Position numbers and translations under genes: made by a program
Shown here: positions 50,284 to 63,649 of the stretch, in pieces
Position numbering within the stretch: position 1 is the stretch's first letter
How the letters are laid out: each line of letters starts with the position of its first letter
Assembly (NCBI GenBank): GCA_040954595.2
Contig: CM082594.2
Span: 1,940,247-2,004,246, forward strand
DNA length: 64,000 nt
Origin: Balanoglossus misakiensis
Taxonomy: Eukaryota > Animalia > Hemichordata
Direction of reading: 5' to 3'
The notes under the pieces: model-generated
Databases searched by the model: none
Seen by the model: only the letters and a program-made list of their open reading frames with translations
Told to the model about the DNA's origin: nothing

Positions 50284-51222
50284 TAGTCTCGGTTACCCAG
50301 AGCCCTCTGCTTCTTCCGTTGGGCACTCCAGAAAGAGGGTCTGGGGAAACCCGGTAGACAAATCGCCAGGCGGAATCGGGACAGCTGCGATGCATGACGG
50401 GAGATTAATATTCGATACGATATTATGATATGACGATATTAGAAAACTATTTACCAAACTTCTCTCTCTCTTTTCAATTTGTATACAGTTTTAGCAGGTC
50501 TAGCACTTCTCAGCATGTTTTCTTTATCGTATGTCATACATGTCGGCCGTGAGGTTCGCGCGCAGGACGTCGCCATTTTGGAATAATAATCTCCCGTCAT
50601 GCATCGCAGCTGTCCCGATTCCGCCTGGCGATTTGTCTACCTGGGGTGCGTTCGACGCACAAAGCGTTTTGTGAATGCTTGCGCAGGGCGCTTTTGTACT
50701 TCGTCGAACGATAAGCTTGCCTCTCACAAGAGGGCGCCGTCAATGACCTTTGGCTTTTCAGAGACAGCGGCCGTCAGCAAGAACGTCCCGGTGCGCATAC
50801 AAGGACATGATTCCGGAAGTGCATACCACTTTTAAACCGTTTTACACAAGACAGTAGCGGCACAATCCATGTGAATTGGTTTATTGATTGAGAAAAAATA
50901 CAAGCTTCCGCTTGGTAAAACTATCACTACCTAAAACGACAAATATTCTGCAACTTCTTCGAAAATATGCCCTGCGAGTCGTACTTCGGCTTACATGTCC
51001 GCCATTTTGAATTAATGAGTTGTTCGCCGCGAGTCACCTCCGTCTTACGCCTTCCATTGTTACAAAACGTTCGCGAAAAACAATGACAAAAGATCGTTCG
51101 ACATGAAAACGTTTCCGAACGTTACCGAACGCTTCGTACGTCGAACGCACCCCTGGTTTCCCCAGACCCTCTTTCTGGAATGCCTAACGGAAGAAGCAGA
51201 GGGCTCTGGGTAACCGAGACTA
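50284..51222. mobile_element. TAGTCTCGGTTACCCAGA-terminus MITE, copy 2, ~125-bp TIRs, 9-bp TSD (AcademH/MULE-like)
   Basis: CTGCCATCT duplicated at 50275-50283 and 51223-51231. Confidence 0.85.
50644..51152 (+). mobile_element. GGGTGCGTTCGACG-TIR Harbinger-like MITE, copy 3, CTG TSD
   Basis: ctg-GGGTGCGTTCGACG...CGTCGAACGCACCC-ctg inserted in the right TIR of the host MITE. Confidence 0.85.
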
Positions 51223-51493
51223 CTGCCATCTATACTCCTTGCTCATTTGCATACATGCATATGCATATTCTTCGTTTGATATGCAAATGATATTCTAATA
51301 CAGTATGTTACGTGAGTATAGATGGCAGAAGCGTGTGCCAACTATGCTCTCTTGCCAACTATGCTCTCTTGCCAACTATACTATAGTATAGCGTTAATTT
51401 TCTCTTAGTAATAATAAAACAGAACTTATGCTTTATTCTTCACATAAGCCTGGCATTGGGTCTAACGTTTACCGTGGCCGAAATCGACACACT

Positions 51494-51725
51494 GTGTAGG
51501 TTTCAAACCTACACTGTCCCTTTGCTACAAAATGCGCGTGTACGGTGTAGGTTTCAAACCTACACTGTCCCTTTGCTACAAAATGCGCGCGTACGGTGTA
51601 GGTTTCAAACCTACACTGCCCTTTGCTACAAAATGCGCGCGTACGGTGTAGGTTTCAAACCTACACTGCCCTTTGCTAGAAAATGCGAGCGTACGGTGTA
51701 GGTTTCAAACCTACACTGTCCCTTT
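51494..51725. repeat. Minisatellite, 50-51-bp unit x ~4.5, each with palindrome GTGTAGGTTT-C-AAACCTACAC
   Basis: Palindrome-containing units start near 51494, 51545, 51596, 51646 and 51696. Confidence 0.92.
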
Positions 51726-53537
51726 GGTGAAACTTTTACATTTTACATAAACCATAACAAACTATATATTTTCAGAAAGGTCTCGGCGAGTTCTATAACA
51801 TACTAAAATTTGACCAACTTTGAACTTGACCTTGAAAAGTTATTGCGGAAAAACCTATTGAAAAAAACATACTTTTTAGGGTACGCGGTGTCACCCCCTT
51901 AATATAGTTGGAAACCACTGAAAATTACAGGATAGATTGATAATAAGTTGTTTTAATGTGGTGTGGTGAAAAAAATTTGAAATTCGAAGGTCAAGGTCAA
52001 CTTCGCCATTGCTTATAGTTGTTGGTTTACCTATGTCGGATTTCATTATCCTTTGACCTTTGACCTCGAAATTTGGTACACAAGTAGAGTGTCTATCTAT
52101 AAACTCTTGACAAAAGTTACAATTAAATATTTTAACATAAAAGCACTTTTTTGACCAAAAAGCAAACTTCTGTAAATTAGCTGTAAATTAGCTTTTTTTA
52201 ATATACACTTTGCTTTTTTAAGATTATTTTTTTATTTTAAGCATTTCAGAGATGAAACTTTCCAGAAACCATCATGAGATGTTCTAGAATATAAAAAAAT
52301 TTACACTTTTGAGATTGGACGCCATTAAGTATTCCAAATGTTGTTGCAAAATAGACTGAAATAATGCCCATAGACTTAACATGTATAAAAACAAAAGAAT
52401 ACTTTTTTTGGACACTTGGACATTAGAGACCCTATCCTAAAATTTAAAATAAAGGAGCTTAAGAGCTGATTTTTCCAGGAATGATAGACATTTAAATTCT
52501 CTATTCTGGGGTACCTTAATATCTAAGAAATGTAGACAAGAAGTTATAAAAATATAATTATGAAACAAAATGTTTGTGCCCCATAGGCTTTACACTGTAG
52601 AAAACAGGGTGTCATAGGTAAGAAATTAGGAAAGTAAGAAAACATGTCATTTAAAGCTTGTAATTTTCAGAGACTGTTAAGAACATGTTGGGATACTACC
52701 TACATTTTTTTAAAGTTGTTACATGTACAGCAATGCCAGTAACTATGGATACAAACTAGGTAATTCATAAACCTCATATAGAACTGTAACATCACTTTAC
52801 TTTTGCCACACCTGTTTATTTATTATTTAAGCAATAAAACACCCCCAGCCATGGTATACCACGAGATTTTGACCAGTTCACGACATATACGCACGAGCGA
52901 TAGCGAGTGCGTATATGGAGTTGAACTGGTCAAAATCGAGTTGTGTGAACAGGCCTTAAATAATGAGTTTGCGTTAAATAATGAGTTTGCGTTAAATAAT
53001 AAGTTGACAAACGGCGCGAGTGCATTTTTTCATGGTTTAGAAATCACTTATTTATATATAATTCATTATATAATGTAAATCACTCATGATATATATATAA
53101 TAGACTTGCACTTAAATTATTTATAAATCACTCATGATATATATATAATACACTTAAAAAAAATTATTTATAAATAATTAATTAAATATAAATAATTATG
53201 TACATCACTCATGATATATATATAATAGACTGACACTGACATTGTTTATAAATAATTTATTATATATAAATAAAAGAGCATAAAATACATTTTATGTATA
53301 TAATTGAATCGACTTGAAATTATTTATAAATAAATTGTCAGGACTTAAATGGTTTGCAAATCTATAATTACATACATATAAATATGTTAAATAACGACTT
53401 TTGAACAAATAATTTAGCTAAATAATAAGTTAACACATGGCACCCCATACTATCTCTTACTACAGTGGGTTGTCGACTTTTCGCCCAGAATGCAATGTGA
53501 TTTGACCCCTTGGCGCAAAGTGAAAACCTATTTTTAA

Positions 53538-54259
53538 GGTGACATCGCATGAAACCATCGAGACTTTTTCAGAGGCCTATTTCTCATTAAAGACAACGTT
53601 AAAACCCCCATAAACCATATACATTCTGGAAGCTGAGTTTTTGAACTTTTGTTTGAGTTGCATATATTATTGATCCCCGGAAATTGTGGCGTTTTGGGGT
53701 TAAAAAACCCGTTTTTTTGATATTATGTCATTCAGTTTAAATTAGGTAAAAAAGTTGACCATGCATCATGCATCTTAATATGTCATTCGAAACTAGAATA
53801 CACATGCAAAAAAACGATAATTTTGTTTTGCGTTATCTGCTTCCATTGAGTAGTAACAGCGTTTGAAAGTTAGATTTTAAAAAACATTTGATCAAATTCA
53901 CGGTGAGTTGTATTGAACCAGAGTTTATTCCCGCCAGGGACACATTATCGACTAACAAAAAATCCGTTTTGTTAGGTGGGTCATACACAATCCCCTATTA
54001 AAATTTGAGCAAATTCGGCCAACTCAGAGCGAAGCTGAATTCTTCTGAAGGTGTCAAGAGCAGCGAAAACGCAAACTGAGAAAAACGGCCATTTGCATTG
54101 TTGACACCTATTTGTTAAGCTGTGAACTCGTTCAGAAAAGTGCTATTTTTGGGTGATTATGCACCATTTCCGCCCAGGATGTGGATCAGTATTAGACCTA
54201 CCGATTTATGTAAAAAAGTAAATTTTGGCAAAAATCACAACTTTTCATGCAATGCCACC
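53538..54259. mobile_element. Non-autonomous Kolobok-like element (TTAA TSD, GG...CC ends)
   Basis: TTAA-GGTGACATCGCATGAAA...TTTCATGCAATGCCACC-TTAA. Confidence 0.7.
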
Positions 54260-54510
54260 TTAAGGCAGCCAAAATTCATATTACCCCTCCAGTCAGTGCA
54301 GATATAAGACCACACATTTAAAAAAAATATTTTTTTATTTTTTTAATAATTAGTGTACACATCTGAATTGAACTAAATAAATAAAATAAATAAATATATA
54401 CACTGAGTAAATAAACTAAGTAAATAAATGTATGCTAACTAAACCTATGCTACCTAAACTAATTAGATAAACCTAATTAACTAAATACTAAACTTATACT
54501 AATTAACTAA

Positions 54511-54684
54511 GAACTAACTAACTAACTAATTAACTAACTCACTAACTAACTAACTAAACTATTCAAAAGTTTGGACAAATACATGTGTACACTCACTCAC
54601 TCACTCACTCACTTAGACAGACAGACAGACAGACAGACAGACGGACGGACGGACGGACGGACGGACAGACAGACAGAAAGACAA
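54511..54684. repeat. Compound microsatellites (AACT)n, (CACT)n, (AGAC)n/(GGAC)n
   Basis: Seen directly. Confidence 0.9.
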
Positions 54685-55130
54685 ACAGGTGTATCAAAAT
54701 GGGTATTACTGAGGAGGGGGGGGGGGGCAGTTTGTGCCAAGACTGGTTGGGGCATTTCAGAGGACATTGCAGAATCAAATTTACTTGAGGCAACCTGAGG
54801 AAATTGTTAAGACGGATTCTCATGTGCCATGGTTAGGGTGCTCCTTTTTTTATAATTATCATAAGTGGGTAAACATTTATCATCAGCAACTTCAAAATCT
54901 TGCGTCCACACATGTTATTTGAGTTTCAAATAGGTCGGAGATCAACAGGCATTTGCATGATCCATTACCGATTCATGGTAACTTTTCATTGGAGGTTGCA
55001 CTTGAAAGACAAAATGCAAAGTAGTTTTTTTTTTGTTATGAAACAAAAGTTACATGAAAAACCTGCTTGATTTCCGATCCATACATTGTATAGCAGCATT
55101 CAAGTAAACAAGCTTTGCCAGTGTTCTGGT

Positions 55131-55132
<2 letters not shown>

Positions 55133-55173
<41 letters not shown>
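55133..55173. repeat. Poly-T tract (~41 nt)
   Basis: Seen directly. Confidence 0.95.
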
Positions 55174-57330
55174 CGCTTTTCGAACTCTTACTCGTATCTT
55201 CTTGAGAAAACTCACAGCTTGGGTTTTAAACAACAGAGGTGTTGCGGAATAAACTACAACTACAAACACTAAGTAAATGTCTGAAAAATAAACTTAATAA
55301 AGTATTCAAACAAGATAAATGATTACAATCAAAGATAAAAGATTCGATTTCAAACAATTTGCAGATTTGCCATTCAGGCAAATACAGCCAAAGCAAGAGA
55401 TGTCAAGCAAAGTGAGCAACTCTTACAACAAGTTGGAAAGTACAAATGCCGACAGATTGTTTAACATTATGATTGAATGTTGATGCCATAGCGCATTGGA
55501 TGGTATTGTGAAAATGTGTCATCTACATGTGTTTCAATATAGCTCCCAGCAGTATTCACTTCGTGTGAACTTCTCCACGCCTTCAACCAATTTGTCAGTC
55601 TTGTGGGTCATTTGTGAGGTGCTATGATTAACCCCTGCAACTGTCAATCCAGCAGAGGCAATGTCATTAACAATGAATTGCACATGCATAACTGACTTAG
55701 AGGGCCCAGAGGGAAAACCAGTTTCATTCAAAAACGAAGAATAGCCGGTGCCTTGGGGGTCTAAACCATGGGATTTGCAACAATAACACTGTTGTCCCCT
55801 GATATCAATGCATCCGTAGAAGAATTTGAAAAGCTTGGTGATAAAACTGCAGCAAATATGTCACATGCAAATGAGAGTAGTACCTGTAATGATAGGAAGC
55901 CTTTGATGGTCTGATAACATAAACTAGCAGAAAAGCTGGGAAAATATTGTCCCTGTGATGCATCGTTGGAGATCATACATTTTATGAAATTTTTTCTATG
56001 GATATTAAAATAGTGGTACTTAAAGAGTGCGACAACCTATGAATAAGGATTAATTCTCACTACTTCAGCCTTGAAACAGAAATGCACCAAATGTTTGATA
56101 ATAACCATAATAACAGTTCTTACAAAAAATGTGCTACATCTTTGGCCATGGCTATATGTTCCCTTTTGCAAAAGAAGTTTGACACATCAAAGTCCAGCCA
56201 GCTTTTGAAAGCATGGGAACATTGTGACCCGCAGCAGGTTAGAAAGGGGGACAGATCACATTTTCGGGGGGACAAAATATCAGGACAGTGTTCTCCCTGG
56301 GAAAAATCATAGAGCCAGGGCTAATTTCCGTAAAATTTACATAATCATAGCTTCTTTTGGACAAATTTTACCACAGCTGTTACTTATCAAGTATGCTGAC
56401 ATTGGCACATAGTACTTACTAAGAAAGAATATTGTCTTTTTTATACCCAGTGTAAAGTAGCCCTAGTGAAATACTATTACTAGTGAAAGTATTTGAAATT
56501 GACCTGGGGTTACGAAGTCCGCTCCAATAAAACACCCTGATGTTCCGATGATTGCTATGCCCCTCAAAAACTGTGATGTTGTCATATTTTTTACGCGCTA
56601 GCGACAACCAGTAGTAAGAGAGACTGATAAATTGATGCTGATATGATAGCCTGTTTATTGATGTCTTAAAATGGGGTAGAAATTTTGAAGATGGCAGACA
56701 TTTAGAGGCTTAAAAACGGCAAATATTCAACAGTGTCGAGCAGTTTTCAATTTGAAGTTGGGGGCCTTCGCGCTATATACCAATTTACTAGCATACGGAT
56801 GGGACCTTTGACACAAGCCACATCTTGTGTCAGCTGCTCGATCACGCAAGTGGGCGGCTCAATTCAAGACACTGCGTTGTTTATCATGATGATGGTTGTT
56901 GTTTCTTTTTTGTTTGTTTATTTATTTGATTGCTTGTTTCCCCGAACAGAACGCCTAATTCACATGTGTCCTGGATGAAACACTGCCTGCCCATGCCAAG
57001 TTCACAAGTTTTCAGTGCGGGTTGTCTTTACATCCTACTACATGTATCTGTTTTTTTAGAAATTGGACATATCCTAAGACAAGACACCTCAGATTTTGTG
57101 TTAATTATGATATACTGCCATTGGTGTATTTTTTTTTGGGGGGGGGGGGGGAGGGTGGGGAAGATCAACATTCAGGATCAGATTAATTACTTTGATAATA
57201 ATTTTTTTGCAATCATACCCCATCCTATTCTAAACAAAATCAAATAGTGCAAAGTAATTAAAAGTTTGCCTTATCAAGTAGGCATGAATCAGGGCAGGTG
57301 GCAATGAAATTTACCTGCCCTTCGTAATTA

Positions 57331-58894
57331 TTACCGGCCCTGGGCCGCTGTTAATTTTATAAGCCTGTGCAGACGCGCAGACACATGACATGACCTCCAA
57401 CAAAAGTTGCTTCATCTTTTGTCATGTTTAGCTGAGTTGTTACAATGCGCGCACGCGCTCAGTGCGTTGCTTGTGTTACTAGGCTATTGATGCGATTTAT
57501 AGGACGCCTGTCTAAAGATAACTTGTGCACTAGTGAATGAAATGGCAGCGCACTGCTCTTGACAGCGTGCAGAGCTGCGTTGCTTCTAGGGTGATTCAAG
57601 CCGTGGAAGGTGTGAAATCACTCAGTTGTGTTCACTAAATTATCAAAAATTGAAAGGGAGTGGCAAGTTACAGTGAAAGCAAAGGTGGACGCAAAGCAAA
57701 AGTACAGGGGTGACAATCAGTCACATTATTGCTCACTCAGGAAGAATGCATCACAGTGACCCATGAAGATTATTCCGTTGCGACAATCCAACGTTTATTG
57801 CGTCAAATGTTGCAAGGCCGCACGCTAGCTGAAACACTGAAAGAGAGAGCAAATTTGGTAGGCAGTCATACAACATTGACACTTTTGTTTAAGTGTAAAG
57901 ACAATCTAACTTTTGCCAAATATTCAGAGGGTATCAACTTCAAGGACAGAAAACGTGGACATTCCTGCCTGCTATTTAGGTTAGTGGTTAGAGGTTAATG
58001 TTAGAGGTTAGATTGGGGTTAAAGGTTAAGGTGCAATTGGAATAGAAGGCTGCAATGTTCAAGTGTAACTGTCCTGAAAGCAGTCATCTGAATACCTGTA
58101 GTCCTGCAAGGTCCTAACCAGTAGACTGTGATAATTTGTGATTTCTAGACACAAGCAAGACATTCCTTCACTTGGTAACAGTATTGAATTTTATCATACA
58201 AGTAGTTTGCGTCTGTCTATCACAACTATCCGCTTTGCTTTGTAAAATTTTAATAAAAAGGAGGAAGTTTCAGAAAATAAGTTGGAAAAACAAACGGGTG
58301 GCTTAGAATCCAAAATAGGTGCTCTCTCTGTGTTTAAAACACTAATACTATCTAAAATCACTAATGATAGAAATAAAACAATATACAGTGTTTCAGCTCG
58401 CATGCGGCTTGTGACATTTGATGCAATAAATATTGGATTGTCACAACAAAATAAATCTTCATGGGTCACTGTGACACATTTTTCCTGAGTGAACAACAAT
58501 ATGACAGATTGTCACCCCTGTACTTTTGCTTTGCGTCCACCTTTGCTTTCACTGTAACTTGCCACTCCCTTTCAATTTTTGATAATTTAGTGAACACAAC
58601 TGAGTGATTTCACACCTTCCACGGCTTGAATCACCCTAGAAGCAACGCAGCTCTGCACGCTGTCAAGAGCAGTGCGCTGCCATTTCATTCACTAGTGCAC
58701 AAGTTATCTTTAGACAGGCGTCCTATAAATCGCATCAACAGCCTAGTAACACAAGCAACGCACTGAGCGTGTGCGCGCATTGTAACAACTCAGCTAAACA
58801 TGACAAAAGATGAAGCAGCTTTTGTTGGAGGTCATGCCATGTGTCTGCGCGTCTGCACAGGCTTATAAAATTAACAGCGGCCCATGGCCAGTAA
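57331..58894. repeat. Large inverted repeat: arms 57331-57839 and 58386-58894, ~546-bp spacer
   Basis: The arms are reverse complements, e.g. gggccgctgttaattttataagcctgtgcagacgcgcagac / gtctgcgcgtctgcacaggcttataaaattaacagcggccc. Confidence 0.9.
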
Positions 58895-59429
58895 ACTTTG
58901 CCGCAAAGGAATATGGCCGCCACCATGAAAAAATGCAAGAAACAAGGAAAACGTCGCATTTCCGACTATAAAATTTCATAAACAAAGCATGATCTGGGAC
59001 ATTACATTTTCATTTTTGATCGCAATATTGCAGAATTTTCGATTTTCTTTAACTTTTGGCCATTTTGTCATAAATAAGTGATCTTGATATACTCTTATGA
59101 AATATCATTTAATAGACATAATTCAAAGGATATATGGGATTATTTAAAACTTAAAATTTTTATCCAGTTGCAGCTCATGTGCCTTTAATCTAATCCTGAA
59201 TGTTGATCTCCTCCCCCCCACCGATATCGAAAACAGAGGAATGGCATAAACAAAAGATCAGCTGATTGCAGTCAATCCATATACTGTACATTTCTAGTAT
59301 CATATTCAAACATCAGGAAATAAATAATGAAGGTTTATTAACGCAAGTGAAAATATATTAAGGGTTCTGCTGAAATATATCTGAAAAAGTTTTGATTTTT
59401 GTGAAATCTTGGTGAGGACTCAGGCAATA

Positions 59430-59608
59430 CAGTCAAACCTGTGTTAGTGACCACCTCTATATAGTGACCACCTCTATATAGTGGCCACTTAGTTACAGTC
59501 CCTGTACAATTTACATGTGTATAAATTAACCTGTCTATAAAGACCACCTGTCTATAAAGGCCAGTTTGGTAAAGTCCCTTGACTGGTCACTATAGACAGG
59601 TTTGACTG
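59430..59608. mobile_element. Tc1/mariner-pogo-type MITE (TA TSD)
   Basis: ta-CAGTCAAACCTGT...ACAGGTTTGACTG-ta with internal gaccacct repeats. Confidence 0.85.
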
Positions 59609-61858
59609 TATTTGCATTCATTAGTGTTCTCAGGAAAGTTCACGTATACGGGCGCTCAGAAGGTTGCAATACATAAACAAACACTCCCTCGATCGACCCT
59701 CTGTATCGCGTAGACAACATGACAGTGACAACTACGGCATAACTTTTTACGTATAACTTTTTTGACATGACTGCTTGGTACATGGTACACGGTATGTATG
59801 GTGAACGAATGTCAAATCCAGTATCATTGAGAGGTTTGCTTTACGTGTGGGACCGAGCCATGTTGAAAAGAGCAGATGACATGTAGAGCCGCATTAGGAA
59901 GAAAATAAATAAACAAATCGCTAGTCAAGGTCAGATTTGAAATTAATAAATATCGCAGTACATTGTATTTATTCTGTGTATGTTTGCATTTCTTTTTTAG
60001 CCCTTAATATGTTCGCATTGTTTGAAAGCTCCGTTATTCAGTCTGGCTGGTTCTTGAGCGTGTTGCGCGTCCACGTCTAACACGATACATTATCAATAAT
60101 AATTTACAGCTATGACATCACAAAATTCACTTGATAAAGCTATAATATTAAATATATTATATCGATGTTGAGGGGCCTTAGTGATGTCCAAAAGAACCTA
60201 TAATTATGTAAATTTTATGGAAATTAGCCCCGACACTATGATTATTCCCAGGGAGAACCCTGTCCTGATATATTGTCCCCCGAAAATATGATTTGTCCCC
60301 CTTTCTAACCTGCTGCGGGTCACAATGTCCCCATGCTTCACAGTACAATATTTTACCCACAATTCTCCATGATTTGTATATTTGAACGTTGCCCATTTAA
60401 TAACTTTTTCTGTTTTACATGCTAACAATGATATTAAGTACATATAAATTTATTTATTTTTATCTAGGAAAAGTATGTTGAGCAATTAATAGAGTGAAAA
60501 TTTCAAAATCAAAATTAGAAGCCATAGGAATCTAGATATTCATGTACTGCAAATGTCACACTTTAGAGGAAACAAGCAAATGACTAACTGAGGTGGCCAG
60601 TCTCTGTTGAAAGTTAACATGTAAATTTCCTTTGTTCTGTCAATAGAAAAATCAATTTTTGTTTGATTAAACGGGTATTTCAAGTGTCCCTGTTTTACTT
60701 CAAACTTTTTTGTATAGCTAGCTATGCAATTGCTTGATTATTTTATAAAATTAGTATCTCCTCTCTCAATAATGCATAATTTTAAAAATAATTTGAAATA
60801 GTTATTCACAGTAAGATTTGCCTTAAAATTACGATCTCGAACTTGGTATTAGTGATCTACAATTCTCTGTTCACATGTGAACTTTGCCTGGTTTGATAGA
60901 GGAATATCTGTTGGTACAAATCAGAATGAGTCATGAGATTTTTCTAGTACTGTGTGCTTTCAAAAGCTGGCTGAAACACTGATAATATACTAATTTGCTT
61001 GTAAATTTGAGGAATTTTACCTGGTGAAATAACAATTTGTATTTTTATCTGTCTAGCTGAATTTTGGTGATTATCATTATGCTCCATATTTGCCTTTGTA
61101 CTTTTACAAATATTTTTAATCGAGGTTGAATATATGTAACACCACTAATATGTAGATGTTTTTGTATTTGATAATAAACAGAGGTCGCGATAACATTTTT
61201 TTGAGTGCGTATTTTTGATGAAATCATAAAAAAATGTGTCAAACTCCTTTTACTTAGCCTGCGTTGTACACATGTCTAATTCAAAATTCATCAAACAAAA
61301 TTAACTACATTTTGAGTACAAAAGGTCGGGCACACAAGTGATTATTTTGATTCCAGGGGATAGTCAGCGGTATGCGTGTGGTTTACTTTGACCATTGTAC
61401 AAATAGAGAGGCCATTCCTATGCGTCAATATTGATGCACTTATTAAGATTTTCAAGTCAAATGAGTATTTTGGCATCAAATATACATAATTTCTGCGTTA
61501 ACACGACCTCTGATAAATGCACTTTTTTTTTTTAATAAACAGCAAAAATGGATGCATTGGCTGTTGAATTTCAGTCACCATGACGATGCATGTAGTCTGT
61601 GACAAACGTAACATTCCATACAAAGCGTATGATTTCATTTTTTGAGCTTCTAGCTATTACATTATATTTTCAGCGAATTTACTTGCAACACATTGCAGGA
61701 TGCTACAATCTCTAGTGCAAATTTGTTTGCGAAATTATGTTTGGCTTTACATTATATGACAAAAGTGAACATGTGTGCATGACTGACAGATGCTGTTATT
61801 TTTCATTTGTCAAGTATACCAGGTCTCATTCACTGGCTTTAGAGAGGCTTTATATATA

Positions 61859-63649
61859 CAGACCTGCCAATAAGTATTTACGCACCTTGCCAATGAATGT
61901 AAGCTATGAAAAATTATTCACAAAATCGATCGACTGTAACTTATTTCTGAATATAAATAACTTACGGAAGGTTTAACCCATTTTAGTCAACACAGATGTG
62001 TTGCCGCGCCGAATCTGACTGCATATGTGGCGTGTTTTTCGGCCAGTGAAATTTCCTATGATTATTGCAATGGCGGTATACTCATTTTCATTAACTTTTC
62101 GCGCCATTGTGTCCGTGGCTAATTTCCCTCTATTCATATTTAAATCTCCACCAATCAGAGCTTTTAAATATAATTCTGATTAAATTTTGGTGCGGGAAAA
62201 TCTGCCAGATTTGCTTATGAATATTCTGATCGAGGTCGTCGGAGGTTGCTGCATAATTTTTGTTTGTAAACATTGGATCAATGAAATCATGCTTAAAGTT
62301 CGCGAACTTCCTGAATTTGTGAAAGGTCAAATTGAGTCACTGCATAGGCAAGGTTTGAGAAAACGAGAAATTGCAAGGAAGTTTGGAATCACAGAAGGCA
62401 GCGTCAGGTACAACATTAGGAAACTTGTTCAAATGGTAGCACGGACAATTTACATCGATCTGGACGACCAAAGCGAACAACTGAACGGGAAGACCGAATG
62501 TTGATTAGATCAAGCCTGACGGACAGATTCAAGACAGCCCGTGACCTCCGCGCTAAGTTTCATGAGGATACCGGGAAACTTTTGAGTATGAGTACCATCA
62601 AATCTCGATTGTATAGAGGAGCCAGACTCCATGGATGTGTGGCCAAGAAAAAGCCGAAATTACAACCCCGGCACATCACAGCGCGACTACGTTTCGCCCG
62701 GCCTTACGTCTCTTTTTACGTCCATGCGTCAACTGGACACCTGTTCAGCGGTCCCAGGTTGTTTGGTCGGATGAGTCAAAGTTCACCGTGTTTAAGAGCC
62801 GAGGGAGAGTTTTCGTTAGAAGGCGACCGGGCGAGGAGTACGAAATTGAATGACAGTCCCACAGTAAAGTTTGGTGGTGGCAGTGTTATAGTTTGGGGTT
62901 GTTTCTTGGCTGCAGGTGTTGGTTTCGCTCGTTCGAGTCGAGAACACCATGAATCGCTGGAAGTACTTAGACGTTTTATAAAACAAAATGATACCGGCTT
63001 TGAGACTCGTCGGGCCAGATTTTGTGTTCCAACAGGATAATGCCCCCCGTACATACTGCCTTGGATGTGAAATCATTTCTACAAAATCCCCAGGATTACG
63101 GCTATCCGTTCGACAATTTTACAACGTTGGAGTGACCAGCCTAGTCTCCTGATTTGAGCCCCATCGCGAACCTGTGGGAGTTAATCGACTTGGACGTTCA
63201 TTCCCGTCCAATACACAGCATCGACGACCTTTTTAACCGCATAGTAATATCTTGGGAACAATTCCTGCAAAATATGTGTCGGAAACTTGTCGATACTACG
63301 TCGAAGCACCAGCGAGAGGTCATTAGGCCAAGGGGTGGACATATCCACTATTATTGACATTTGGTTCGTTCAATTCACCTCATGAATATTCATGACGTTT
63401 TTTTCATTGTTGTTCCCATAGAGAATGGAATGTTTCGCTGACTCCGTCTCACATCTATTTTTACGTCGATATGTCTCACTCAAATTTAATCACAGATGAA
63501 AGATTTTTGTTCTACGACTGTTACTTATCTTGAATTTATTAAATGTAGTTGAATTTTTGCTAAAAACTGTCTGCAAGGTGTGTTAATTCATGTTTCTGAA
63601 ACTTTTTCACTGCAGAACGTGGGTGCGTAAATACTTATTGGCGGGTCTG
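61859..63649 (+). mobile_element. Decayed Tc1 DNA transposon
   Basis: TIRs CAGACCTGCCAATAAGTATTTACGCACC / GGTGCGTAAATACTTATTGGCGGGTCTG enclose a Tc1 transposase. TA on the left, aTA on the right. Confidence 0.9.
62289..63357 (+). pseudogene. Tc1 (DD34E-type) transposase pseudogene
   Basis: HTH, SGRP-like motif, KKKP, WSDESKF, GGGSVIVWGCF, FQQDNAPRH and SPDLSPIANLW (expected catalytic E reads A), spread over several frames with stops. Confidence 0.9.

Noticed and set aside
51494-51725. CRISPR-like palindromic repeats
   Set aside because: The spacers are near-identical to each other, there are no cas genes, and the context is eukaryotic.
55133-55173. Poly-T as the tail of a retrocopy
   Set aside because: No adjacent polyadenylation signal, TSD or recognisable retroelement body.
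55534-55976. Possible host exon(s)
   Set aside because: Stops in all frames over the region and no recognisable domain; a gene call cannot be supported.
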